Below are positions 22,160-30,837 of a stretch of 64,000 bases of DNA, in pieces. Location: NCBI GenBank assembly GCA_049510745.1, contig JBEKYR010000002.1:160001-224000 (forward strand). Reading direction: 5' to 3'. Each line of letters opens with the position of its first letter. Position 1 is the first letter of the stretch. A program made the translations under genes and the position numbers. This DNA comes from Verrucomicrobiota bacterium (GTDB lineage: Bacteria > Verrucomicrobiota > Verrucomicrobiia > Limisphaerales > Palsa-1400). The notes under the pieces were generated by a model that saw only the letters and a list, made by a program, of their open reading frames with translations, made no database searches and was not told where the DNA came from.

Positions 22160-22474
22160 TCATTCCGTCCGGGTGGAGGAAGGCGGATCGAAGTGGATTA
22201 CATTTTCGCCCGGTTTGGCGTAGCTGAGGCGCTCGCGCGCCAGGCGTTCGACGGTGGTGGGATTCTGCAACGCGCGCAATTCCAGGTCCAGTTTCCGGGC
22301 CGTTTCGACTTCCTTCTCGATTTTTCTGTCCAGCGCCAGCTTGTCCTCGCGCATCCGCTGGTTTTCCTCGATGACCGGTTGGTACCAGAGGACGATCCCC
22401 AGCACGCTGGCGACGACCAACAACATCAGGACCAAGCGAAAGAGCTTGTCCCAAATGCTTTGACCCACGTTCAT
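22160..22474 (-). CDS. FtsB/DivIC septum formation initiator family protein
   Basis: Single TM segment, coiled coil, ERLARERL.YAKPGE.V..F. Confidence 0.85.
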   Translation of the reverse strand: MNVGQSIWDKLFRLVLMLLVVASVLGIVLWYQPVIEENQRMREDKLALDRKIEKEVETARKLDLELRALQNPTTVERLARERLSYAKPGENVIHFDPPSSTRTE

Positions 22475-22696
22475 TTGCCCCCAGTGAACCACGGCGCGCG
22501 CCAAAACGGAAGATATTTCTTGTCAATATATTCAGGTCGGGTGCGGGACAAATTTCTTCGTATTGTGCCGATGAGGGGATGGAGCGTTCCCGCCGCGTAA
22601 AAACGCTCCGAGCAGGAATACTCGCGCGGAGGCGCAGCGCGGCAGCCGCAACCCAATTCTCACCAGGAATGCGATTTGGGGTCAGGAATGCGATTT

Positions 22697-22771
22697 GGGG
22701 TCAACTTCATACATTCAACATTTCGCCGATTTTGTTCAGCCGAGCCCAATTGAATGTATGAAGTTGACCCC
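22697..22771. repeat. REPIN-like 75-bp palindrome, copy 1 (perfect 22-bp inverted arms)
   Basis: GGGGTCAACTTCATACATTCAA-31 nt-TTGAATGTATGAAGTTGACCCC; preceded by the 19-bp tandem CAGGAATGCGATTTGGGGT x2 (22664-22701). Confidence 0.92.
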
Positions 22772-22782
22772 AATGCTTGCCA

Positions 22783-22827
22783 ATGATACCAGCCGCCCGC
22801 CTGCTCGGATCGCAAAGGCTTGGCCAT
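22783..22827 (-). pseudogene. N-terminal remnant of a REP-associated tyrosine transposase (RAYT-like)
   Basis: MAKPLRSEQAGGWYH resembles the RAYT start MARPLRIE.PGAWYH; the similarity stops next to the palindrome. Confidence 0.65.
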
Positions 22828-22836
22828 GATCCAAAC

Positions 22837-22929
22837 TCTATCCGGCGCCCCACCGCGCGTCAACTCAATTGTTGAATGTATGAAGTTGACCCCAATGCTT
22901 CTTTGTGACCCAATGCTTCTTTGTCAATG
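22837..22929. repeat. REP-like half element followed by tandem CAATGCTTC(TTTGT) repeats
   Basis: TTGAATGTATGAAGTTGACCCC at 22872-22893, then CAATGCTTC three times. Confidence 0.85.
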
Positions 22930-23012
22930 CTTCATTTGCGGGGAAAGAATGGGTTTGTCACGCGATCCAGGTCGTGCTTGTTTCGTCTGGCTGAAGAGGG
23001 CATGGTTCCGGC

Positions 23013-23858
23013 ATGGCAAAGCGGGCACGAGTTTCAATCGCCGCCCTATTTGTGGCGCTGTTGGCCTTGCTGGCGTGGACGTCGCTTCGCAGACCAGCTT
23101 CCGAGCCGGTCTTTGAAGGAAAGTCGCTGAGCGAATGGTTGGTTCAACTGGAGGATTCTGACAGTCATGTTGAGCGCGTTGAGGCGGCGTTAGCAGTCCG
23201 CCATATCGGAACCAACGGGATTCCAACCCTGCTGCAAATGCTGCGCGAGGAGGAGTCCCCGTTTACAACCAAATTCCTGGCCTGGCGCCGGGGCTGGTAC
23301 AACCCCTTTGTTTTGCATTTGTTCGGGGGACCGGCTGACATTTTTAAACGAGCGGAGGCGGGATTTGATGAACTCGGCCCTTCGGCCGCTTGCGCGGTTC
23401 CTGAGTTGAGCCGAATGCTGGACGAGGATCCTTCTCTGGATGGCACATCCTATGTCCCCAGTATATTGGGGAACATTGGCCCGGGAGCGAAGGCGGCCGT
23501 TCCGTCGCTTCTGCGGGCTGTGGTGCGCACAAATACTTTCGGGCACTACTATGAATTCAAGGCTCTTGGCCAGATTCATGCGGACCCGGATGCAGTCGTC
23601 CCGGTTTTGATGGGGGTGATTTCCAATGCTCCCAAGGATCGGATAGATGCCGTCGCTGCCCTTGGACAATTCCGAGGCGACGCCAAGCCAGCCGTCCCCG
23701 CGTTGGTCGCATTGCTTGACGATCCGAGTTTACAAGGAAACTCATCGGGCAAAGGGTTTATCTCCGACCGTTTCCAAGTCGAACGCGCCCTCCAGAAAAT
23801 TGATCCTGAAACTTATGTTCGGGTCGTCACCAACGCAGGACCACCTTCAACCCGGTAA
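23013..23858 (+). CDS. Membrane-anchored HEAT-repeat protein
   Basis: N-terminal TM segment, EP.FEGKSLSEW, repeated LG.IGP.AK.AVP.L units. Confidence 0.85.
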   Translation: MAKRARVSIAALFVALLALLAWTSLRRPASEPVFEGKSLSEWLVQLEDSDSHVERVEAALAVRHIGTNGIPTLLQMLREEESPFTTKFLAWRRGWYNPFVLHLFGGPADIFKRAEAGFDELGPSAACAVPELSRMLDEDPSLDGTSYVPSILGNIGPGAKAAVPSLLRAVVRTNTFGHYYEFKALGQIHADPDAVVPVLMGVISNAPKDRIDAVAALGQFRGDAKPAVPALVALLDDPSLQGNSSGKGFISDRFQVERALQKIDPETYVRVVTNAGPPSTR

Positions 23859-24079
23859 CCCAATGGGTGGGTATTACAGGCGCAGCTTTCGCGCCATGCT
23901 CGGACAATGCCCCCTGCCGCGCCCCCGGTCAACCCACAATGCGGCATTGCTACGGACTGACCCCTTTAACGTTCGCTGAAATCCACGGGGAAACTTAAAA
24001 ACCCGGCGGAACTATGGAAGCCCCCTGCGACAAAAGCGAACCAAAGCATGGGCGGCCCCGCTTTTTTGGGCAACGATTT

Positions 24080-24154
24080 GGGGTCAACTTCATACATTCA
24101 ACATTTCGCCGATTTTGTTCAGCCCAGCCCAATTGAATGTATGAAGTTGACCCC
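24080..24154. repeat. REPIN-like 75-bp palindrome, copy 2
   Basis: Identical to 22697-22771 except for one spacer base; shares flanks CGATTT and AATGCTT. Confidence 0.92.
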
Positions 24155-24538
24155 AATGCTTCCCGAGTTTTACTGCCGGGCAACGCAGTCTTTGCGTCGA
24201 GATTTCTTACAGTTTGAGCAGGTGTTCATCTAACTATTTGATTGCCAGTATGTTACGATGCTTTTCGGGCGATATGCAGCCTTATTTTGTCGAAATGGTT
24301 AACACTATCATTGCGTATATACTATAGTTTAGTATTACTAATAATAATATCCAATTTGTTAAGGCTTACTTCTCAGGCATTTATGACTTTTCGTCCTATG
24401 GCTGGATTTCGCAGATCAAGCGGAATATGTTATGCTTATTTACAGTTAGGCGGGGTTATTGCATTTCGCCAGAGACCTAAAGAATGACCCGGGGGATACA
24501 AACGAGATTGGCTAAAATATGATCTCGAAAACGAATAA

Positions 24539-25204
24539 ATGGAAAGGCAGGTAAATAATATGAATTACAAATCAAGAATCTTTTCAGCGGCCGTTGCTGG
24601 TCTGGCACTATTGATCGTCCAGCAAGCAAGAGCGCAGGCTATTTACGCGGGTCCGGGGTCCGACGTTACTGGTGGAGGCTGGAGCGAAGAACCCAACGGG
24701 CTCGCTGGGACCGAGTTCACCGCGAATGTGAGTTTTAACGTTACTGAATTGGGTGTAGCTCAATTCCCCGCATACAACCCCACCCCCGGCTACTTCGAAG
24801 GAAACACCGAGAGCCATGTAGTAACCCTGTTTACGGCCGGTGGCGTGCAGCTTGCCCAGGCAAACGTCCCTTTTGGGTCTCCTGATGCCAATGGGTATGA
24901 CTGGGCACAACTGGCAACTGGCGTCGAGTTAACAGCCGGGCAGACCTACATCCTGGGAGCAGCTTACCAAGATGACCACGATTGGTTCTATGATACAGCA
25001 ACAATCAACTCCGATTTTACGCTTGTTTCGGCTGTTGAGGGCAACGTCGATGGAACAGGCCTCTACACCGAAGGCATGCCTGAAGGAAACGGTTGGTTTG
25101 GGCCGAACCTCGGTGGCACCGTCCCCGATGGCGGAATGACTATGACGTTGCTGGGCATGGCCTTGGTCGGCCTCGGTTTCGTGCGGCGCCAGGTGAAGAT
25201 GTAG
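24539..25204 (+). CDS. VPDSG-CTERM (PEP-CTERM-like) exosortase-target surface protein
   Basis: Signal peptide; C-terminal VPDGG + TM segment + RR; start may be 24560. Confidence 0.88.
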   Translation: MERQVNNMNYKSRIFSAAVAGLALLIVQQARAQAIYAGPGSDVTGGGWSEEPNGLAGTEFTANVSFNVTELGVAQFPAYNPTPGYFEGNTESHVVTLFTAGGVQLAQANVPFGSPDANGYDWAQLATGVELTAGQTYILGAAYQDDHDWFYDTATINSDFTLVSAVEGNVDGTGLYTEGMPEGNGWFGPNLGGTVPDGGMTMTLLGMALVGLGFVRRQVKM

Positions 25205-25235
25205 TCCTCGCCGTTTAGTTCGATATTTTAGCCGG

Positions 25236-25265
25236 GAGCAGGCTGGTTTCCAGCCTGCTCTTTTT
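25236..25265 (+). terminator. Intrinsic terminator
   Basis: GAGCAGGCTGG-TTT-CCAGCCTGCTC followed by TTTTT. Confidence 0.8.
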
Positions 25266-25359
25266 GCTTCTCTCGCAGGCAGCATTGATCTGAGGCTCTA
25301 TGGCGGAGTCTATGGGCCAAAGTGGCCTTGCCGACGCTGGTGCCTGGCGCGTCGGCTAG

Positions 25360-25551
25360 CCCAAGTTCGTCAGGGGGCGCGAGAAAGGGCGGTTGAGTTG
25401 ATTTGCAGCGAGTTGCGCACTTTCAGCTGGCGGTTTTCGGCACTACATTTTCCAGGATTCTTGGGGTTCGCAGCACTTCCAACTGCAAATGCGCCAGCAG
25501 TTGTGCCAGCGCTTTCTCAGGCCGCGCCACCACCCGCAAACGAATCTCTCC
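25360..25551 (-). pseudogene. 3' remnant of an IS1634-like transposase with a probable terminal IR
   Basis: Frame 25551-25423 reads GEIRLRVVARPEKALAQLLAHLQLEVLRTPRILENVVPKTAS*, resembling IS1634-family C-termini; end-like CCCAAGTTCGTCAG next to CTAG. Confidence 0.55.
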
Positions 25552-25999
25552 GGGCGGCATCCATTCCGGCCTCCCTGACGTTGATTGGCATCGGCATCAA
25601 GACGCATGCCACGAGAAAGAGAAAGGGGCCTAGCATGTCAACATTTTGTTTGTCTGTGTTCATAGAGTCTCCGATTGACGGATTTCCAGGACCCCATCTC
25701 CAGCCGGTCGCAGACCCATTTGAGCGGGATTGTCACGCCACAAATCCGCCCGCTTCATTCCCGCCTTTCCCCACACCCCCGGCGCGGTCGATAAAAGCCG
25801 CTGACGAAAGCTGTCAAGAGCTTGGATCAATTCTTTGAATGCGGAAGAGATTGTAGGGGTTTCCTCTGAGTTGGCACTCAGGAAATATGCGCCAGAATCA
25901 TTAGCGAGGTGCTTGGGGACTCACCCGACAGGTCGGACAGTGTCGAACGAAAGATTCCCCCGGCGGCTGGGAGGTCAGTGGACGCGGGGCACCGCGTCC

Positions 26000-27535
26000 C
26001 TACCGAATAGGGGTTCGGCCGGCGGGGCGAAGGTCGAAGCAGGCCATTTGCACGGCGTTGCGAATGAAAATCCTGCCGCCGGCCAGGGCGGGATGGTTCC
26101 AGGTTTTTCCTTCAATGGCTTGAAAGCGGGCCAGTTCCTCGTAGCGGTCGGGATTGGCTCTGACCAAGGCCAATTCGCCGCTGCCGCTCAGAATAATCAA
26201 ATTGCCGCCCGCCAATAGAACCTGGCCGTATCCGTAACGGCCATCCTTCCATTTTCGTTCGCCGGTTTGCGCGTCGAGGCAAACCAGGATGTCTTCGTCC
26301 AGCCCGAAAACGCACCCCTGCCAAAAGACCGAGCTGGTGAATTTGTTTTTCAACGATGTGTTTTGCCAGAGGGACCGCGCGGCGAAACCACCGTCATTCT
26401 TGGAAATTTCGACGGCCCGACAGCCGGTGCCATAGCCGGCGGACAAGAGAAAGCGATTGGGTCCCAAGATGACGGGTTGGGCGTTGTTGCGATTGCCCTG
26501 GTTGACTTTCCAAGGGGTGCTCCAGAGCAACGCGCCGTCGGCGGGTTGCAGCCCGACGGCGCGCCCGGCGGTCACGATCAATAACTGCTCCTGTCCCGCC
26601 AGTTGGACGAGCATGGGAGAGGAATAGGCCGCGGGATCATCCAACACTTTCCAGAGCGGTTTGCCGGTCAGCTTGTCATAGGCGGCGACCGATTGGCCGC
26701 GCCGCCCGCCCGCTTGCACGATCAGCTTGTCCCCCACGACCAGCGGAGAGGAGGCCATGCCGTAAGTCAACAGGTCGGCAACATTGTCGGCGAGGATGTT
26801 CAGTTTCCAAACGGCCTGGCCGGTGGCGGCGTCCAGGCAGAGCAAATCGCCCAGCGCGCCCAGCGAATAGACTTTGCCCTCGCTGTAAGCGGGCGTGGCG
26901 CGCGGCCCTTCGCCGCCCAGCGCTTCGTTAAAGAAGGCGGGATAGGAGCAGGCCCAAAGTTCCCGGCCGGTGGCGGCATCGTAGGCGGTGACGGCTTCCT
27001 GCTGGCGCCGTTGCTCGATGGTGAAGGCGCGTCCGCCCGCGATGGCAAAGGAAGCGTAGCCGCCGCCGATGGGCTGTTTCCACAGGGGACGCAAGCCGTC
27101 GGCGGGCCAGTTGGTGGCGATGGGTTGTTCGTCGTAGCGGCCGTCGCGATTCGGTCCGCGAAAGCCGGGCCAATCTTCGGCGGCGATGAGCGGCGCGGCT
27201 GGAGGAGGCGTTTGGGGGAGGGCGCGGCGGCTGGTTTCGACAGCGGCGTAATTGGGATGCGTTTTGTGCCAAGTCAGCACCGGCGGGAAACCGCCGCGCC
27301 ACTCGATTTCCAACCCCGTGAACCGCATCAGCAGCGCGATGACCGCGGCGACGTAGAGCAGGGAATAAAGCGGAACGAAGATCGTGCCAAGGATTTTGCG
27401 GCCCAAACCGATCGCGCGGGCGCGCCACAGGAGGAGCAAACCCAACGGCGGGCAGAGAAGCGTGACGAGGCGAACGGTGCCCATCGGCGATGCGCGGCCG
27501 TCGCCGTGATTTGAGGCTGGGTGGTTCGACTCCAT
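26000..27535 (-). CDS. PQQ-like beta-propeller (BamB-like) membrane protein
   Basis: DWPGFRGPNRDG, repeated xxDA.TG...W motifs, YSSP; N-terminal TM segments; start uncertain. Confidence 0.85.
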   Translation of the reverse strand: MESNHPASNHGDGRASPMGTVRLVTLLCPPLGLLLLWRARAIGLGRKILGTIFVPLYSLLYVAAVIALLMRFTGLEIEWRGGFPPVLTWHKTHPNYAAVETSRRALPQTPPPAAPLIAAEDWPGFRGPNRDGRYDEQPIATNWPADGLRPLWKQPIGGGYASFAIAGGRAFTIEQRRQQEAVTAYDAATGRELWACSYPAFFNEALGGEGPRATPAYSEGKVYSLGALGDLLCLDAATGQAVWKLNILADNVADLLTYGMASSPLVVGDKLIVQAGGRRGQSVAAYDKLTGKPLWKVLDDPAAYSSPMLVQLAGQEQLLIVTAGRAVGLQPADGALLWSTPWKVNQGNRNNAQPVILGPNRFLLSAGYGTGCRAVEISKNDGGFAARSLWQNTSLKNKFTSSVFWQGCVFGLDEDILVCLDAQTGERKWKDGRYGYGQVLLAGGNLIILSGSGELALVRANPDRYEELARFQAIEGKTWNHPALAGGRIFIRNAVQMACFDLRPAGRTPIR

Positions 27536-27761
27536 GGGCGGAATGGACGGCATGGGTGAATTTAATTCGCCCGCCCTGTGTGACAATCCAAAAATTCTCA
27601 ACAGGATTGCCAACACCGGGATGCGCCCGCAACAGGAAGCTCCGGGAAATTGTCCTTGCCGCCGGGTTTTCGGCTTCTGTAAATTGCGTGTTGCTTCGGC
27701 AAAATTCGAACACGCCCGACGAGACGCCGCCGGTGGAGTCGCGTCGCGTGGCGTCGAAACA

Positions 27762-28583
27762 ATGAAAAGAAAAATGATAACGCAGACGAAAATACTGTTG
27801 ACTGCGCTGGTGTCCCTCGCGGTGGCAGGCGCCCCATCCGCCCGCGCCCAAAGCGCGGCCGCATCCTCAACCAACCAGGCCGCCGCCCCGGCCAAGCCGC
27901 TGACGGCCTCAACCAACCAATGGCACGGCAGCATGGCCCTTGGCCTGACACTGGCGCGCGGCAATACGGACACGACGCTGTTCTCTCTGACCGGCCACGC
28001 GGAAAGGAAGTGGACGGGCAACGATCTGAACCTCCGATTGGAAGGTTTGTACGGGGAATCCAGGCTGACGGGCTCGACCAAATCCACTGAGACGGCGGAA
28101 TCGTTGCACGGCTCCGCCCAAGACAACCTCAATTTCACAGACCGGCTTTTCGGCTATGGCCGGGCGGATGGATTGCACGACGGCATCGCCGACATCGAGT
28201 ATCGTTTCACGCTGGCGCCCGGCGCCGGTTATTATTTTATCAAGAATAAAGTCACGGACTTGAGCCTGGAAGCCGGCCCGGCTTACGTCTTCGAGAAGCT
28301 CGACGACCACACCCAGAGCTTCGCCATGCTGCGCGTGGCGCAAAAATTCCATTATGCCATCAGTGCGCACGCCCGGCTGTGGGAGACGCTTGAGTTTTTG
28401 CCGGAGGTGGACAACCTGGACAATTACATCGCCAACGCCGAGTTGGGGATCGAGGCCAGCTTGAACAAAAGCGACCGGCTGCTGTTGCGCACGGTGCTGC
28501 AGGACACTTACGACAGCATCCCCGCCCCCGGCCGGCTGAAGAACGATCTGAAACTCATCGCCTCCATCGCGTACAAATTCTAG
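27762..28583 (+). CDS. DUF481 (YdiY-like) outer-membrane beta-barrel
   Basis: Signal peptide, W.GS..LG....GNT, amphipathic strands, terminal YKF. Confidence 0.85.
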   Translation: MKRKMITQTKILLTALVSLAVAGAPSARAQSAAASSTNQAAAPAKPLTASTNQWHGSMALGLTLARGNTDTTLFSLTGHAERKWTGNDLNLRLEGLYGESRLTGSTKSTETAESLHGSAQDNLNFTDRLFGYGRADGLHDGIADIEYRFTLAPGAGYYFIKNKVTDLSLEAGPAYVFEKLDDHTQSFAMLRVAQKFHYAISAHARLWETLEFLPEVDNLDNYIANAELGIEASLNKSDRLLLRTVLQDTYDSIPAPGRLKNDLKLIASIAYKF

Positions 28584-28595
28584 GAGGAGACGCCC

Positions 28596-30806
28596 ATGGC
28601 CAAATCCGCGACCCCCACGCATCGCTGGCGCTTTTTCCGGGCGGGCGACTTCGATCAGGTCAAATTGGAGAGCGGGGCGGACTTGATGAATCTGGACCAA
28701 CTGGACCAGAAACTGTGGGTGGCGCTGGCCTGTCCCCTGACCGGCTTGGAATTCGACGGCAAAACGGCGGCGTTGATCGACACCGACCTGGATGGGCGCA
28801 TACGCGCGCCGGAATTGATCGCCGCCGTGAAATGGGCCGGCTTGATGTTGAAGAACCCCGATGACCTGATCACGGCCGGCGACTCCCTGCCGCTGGCGGC
28901 GATTAATGACGCCTGCCCCGAAGGCAGTCAAATCCGCGCCGCCGCCAGACAAATCCTGGCCAACCTCGGTCGCAAGGAGGCCAGGGCGATCTCCGTGGCC
29001 GAGGCCTCCGATGGCAACAAGACTTTTGCCGGCACCCTCTTTAACGGCGACGGCGTGATCGTCCTGGAATCGGCGGGCGACGAGGCGACCAAGGGGGTCA
29101 TCAGCGCCATCCTGGCCTGCATGGGGCCGGTGACCGACCAATCCGGGCAGCCGGGAATCGACCAGGGGAAGGCGGACGCGTTTTTCGCCGAGTGCGCCGC
29201 CTTCGACAGTTGGAAGCAGGCGGCGGAAAAAAGCCCCGCGATACTGCCGATAGGGGAAGGGACGGCGGCGGCGGCGGCGGCAGTGAATTCGATCAAGGGA
29301 AAAGTCGATGACTATTTCGGCCGGTGCCGGCTGGCGGCGTTCGACCCGCGCACGGCGGCGCTGGTGAACCGCAAGGAGGAGGATTACGCGGTCATCCTGA
29401 CGAAGGACCTGAGCATTGACGTGGCCGAAGTGGCGGGTTTTCCGCTGGCCCAGGTCGCCGCCGGCAAACCGCTGCCGTTGCAGGGCCCCGTCAATCCCGC
29501 CTGTGCCGAGGCTGTGGCCGCGCTGCGGAAAGAGGCCGTCAAACCGCTTCTGGGCGAGAGGGTGGAGCTGACCGAGGCGGATTGGGCCGCGGTGCAGGCC
29601 CGGCTGGAGCCGTTTGCGGCCTGGACGGCGGCCAAGGCGGGCGCGGCCGTGGAGGGACTCGGCATCGGGCGCGTCCGCGAGATTCTGGCCGGGCCGGCGC
29701 GGGAGAAGATCACGGCGCTGATCGCGCGGGACAAGGCGCTGGAATACGAGGCGGCGGCGATTGCCAGCGTCGAGAAGCTGACCCGGTTTGTCCGGGACCT
29801 GCACATCCTCTGCCTAAACTTTGTCAACTTCAAGAATCTCTATGCCGGCGACACCCCGGCGATCTTCCAGGCGGGGGTGCTCTATTTGGACCAACGGTCG
29901 TGCCATCTCTGCCTCACCGTGGACGACGCCGCCAAACACGCCACCATGGCGGGATTGGCGGGCGCGTTCCTGGCTTACGTGGATTGCGCGCGCAAAGGCA
30001 CCGGCGAGAAGTTGAGCATTGTCGCCATTTTTTCCCAGGGCGACGACGACAATTTGATGGTGGGGCGGAACGGGATATTTTATGATCGGAAAGGGCGGGA
30101 CTACGACGCGACGATCACGAAGATACTGGCCAACCCGGTCAGCCTGCGGCAGGCCTTCTGGGCGCCTTACCAGAAGGTGGTGCGCCTGATAGAAGAGCAG
30201 GTGAGCAAACGCGCTTCGACCGCCGAGGCCGAGGCGCAAATAGCCGCAGTGGTGAGCACTGGCGCGGCTTCCGCCAAACGGACGTTCGATCCGAGCGTGA
30301 TCGCCCTGGTGAGCGTGGCTCTGGGCAGCCTGGCCGCGGCGTTCGCCGGGTTCCTGGGCTACCTGAAGGGATTTGCCCTGTGGCAGCTTCCCCTCATCGC
30401 GGTGGGGATGATGCTCCTCATCTCCGGGCCTGCTGTCATCCTGGCCTACATCAAGCTGCGCAAACGGAACCTGGGACCTATTCTGGACGCCAACGGTTGG
30501 GCCATCAACACCAAGGCCAGGATCAACGTGCCCTTCGGCACCCGCCTGACCGACATCGCCGAACTGCCGCCGGGGGCATCCGTCGATCTCCGGGACCGCT
30601 ACGCGCAGAAGACGGCGGCGTGGCCCAAACTCCTGGCCGTCGTCTTCTTGCTTTGGTGGGTCTATGCTTTTATGGACGACACGGGTTTGCTCTACCGGTT
30701 GACGTCGAAGTGGGACATCCCCATTGGCAACCCGCCCGCGTCGCTCAAGGAACAGCACCAACCGCCCAAGCCGCCGGCGACGGTCTCCACCAACGCCGCA
30801 AGGTGA
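28596..30806 (+). CDS. Hypothetical membrane protein with EF-hand-like loop
   Basis: 736-aa ORF with GC-biased codons and an AGGAGG RBS; DTDLDGRIRAPE loop; C-terminal TM segments. Confidence 0.8.
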   Translation: MAKSATPTHRWRFFRAGDFDQVKLESGADLMNLDQLDQKLWVALACPLTGLEFDGKTAALIDTDLDGRIRAPELIAAVKWAGLMLKNPDDLITAGDSLPLAAINDACPEGSQIRAAARQILANLGRKEARAISVAEASDGNKTFAGTLFNGDGVIVLESAGDEATKGVISAILACMGPVTDQSGQPGIDQGKADAFFAECAAFDSWKQAAEKSPAILPIGEGTAAAAAAVNSIKGKVDDYFGRCRLAAFDPRTAALVNRKEEDYAVILTKDLSIDVAEVAGFPLAQVAAGKPLPLQGPVNPACAEAVAALRKEAVKPLLGERVELTEADWAAVQARLEPFAAWTAAKAGAAVEGLGIGRVREILAGPAREKITALIARDKALEYEAAAIASVEKLTRFVRDLHILCLNFVNFKNLYAGDTPAIFQAGVLYLDQRSCHLCLTVDDAAKHATMAGLAGAFLAYVDCARKGTGEKLSIVAIFSQGDDDNLMVGRNGIFYDRKGRDYDATITKILANPVSLRQAFWAPYQKVVRLIEEQVSKRASTAEAEAQIAAVVSTGAASAKRTFDPSVIALVSVALGSLAAAFAGFLGYLKGFALWQLPLIAVGMMLLISGPAVILAYIKLRKRNLGPILDANGWAINTKARINVPFGTRLTDIAELPPGASVDLRDRYAQKTAAWPKLLAVVFLLWWVYAFMDDTGLLYRLTSKWDIPIGNPPASLKEQHQPPKPPATVSTNAAR

Positions 30807-30837
30807 TCCCCCGTGCTGGGCGCGATTCCGGGGAAAA

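Noticed and set aside
22664..24161. CRISPR array
   Set aside because: The repeats are inverted pairs with the same internal spacer, not direct repeats with unique spacers; no cas genes are present
25640..25999. Short ORFs or a structured ncRNA between the IS remnant and the PQQ gene
   Set aside because: No motif, RBS or convincing structure was recognised
27536..28138. 200-aa N-terminal extension of the PQQ-propeller ORF
   Set aside because: It overlaps the divergent DUF481 gene and the shared promoter region
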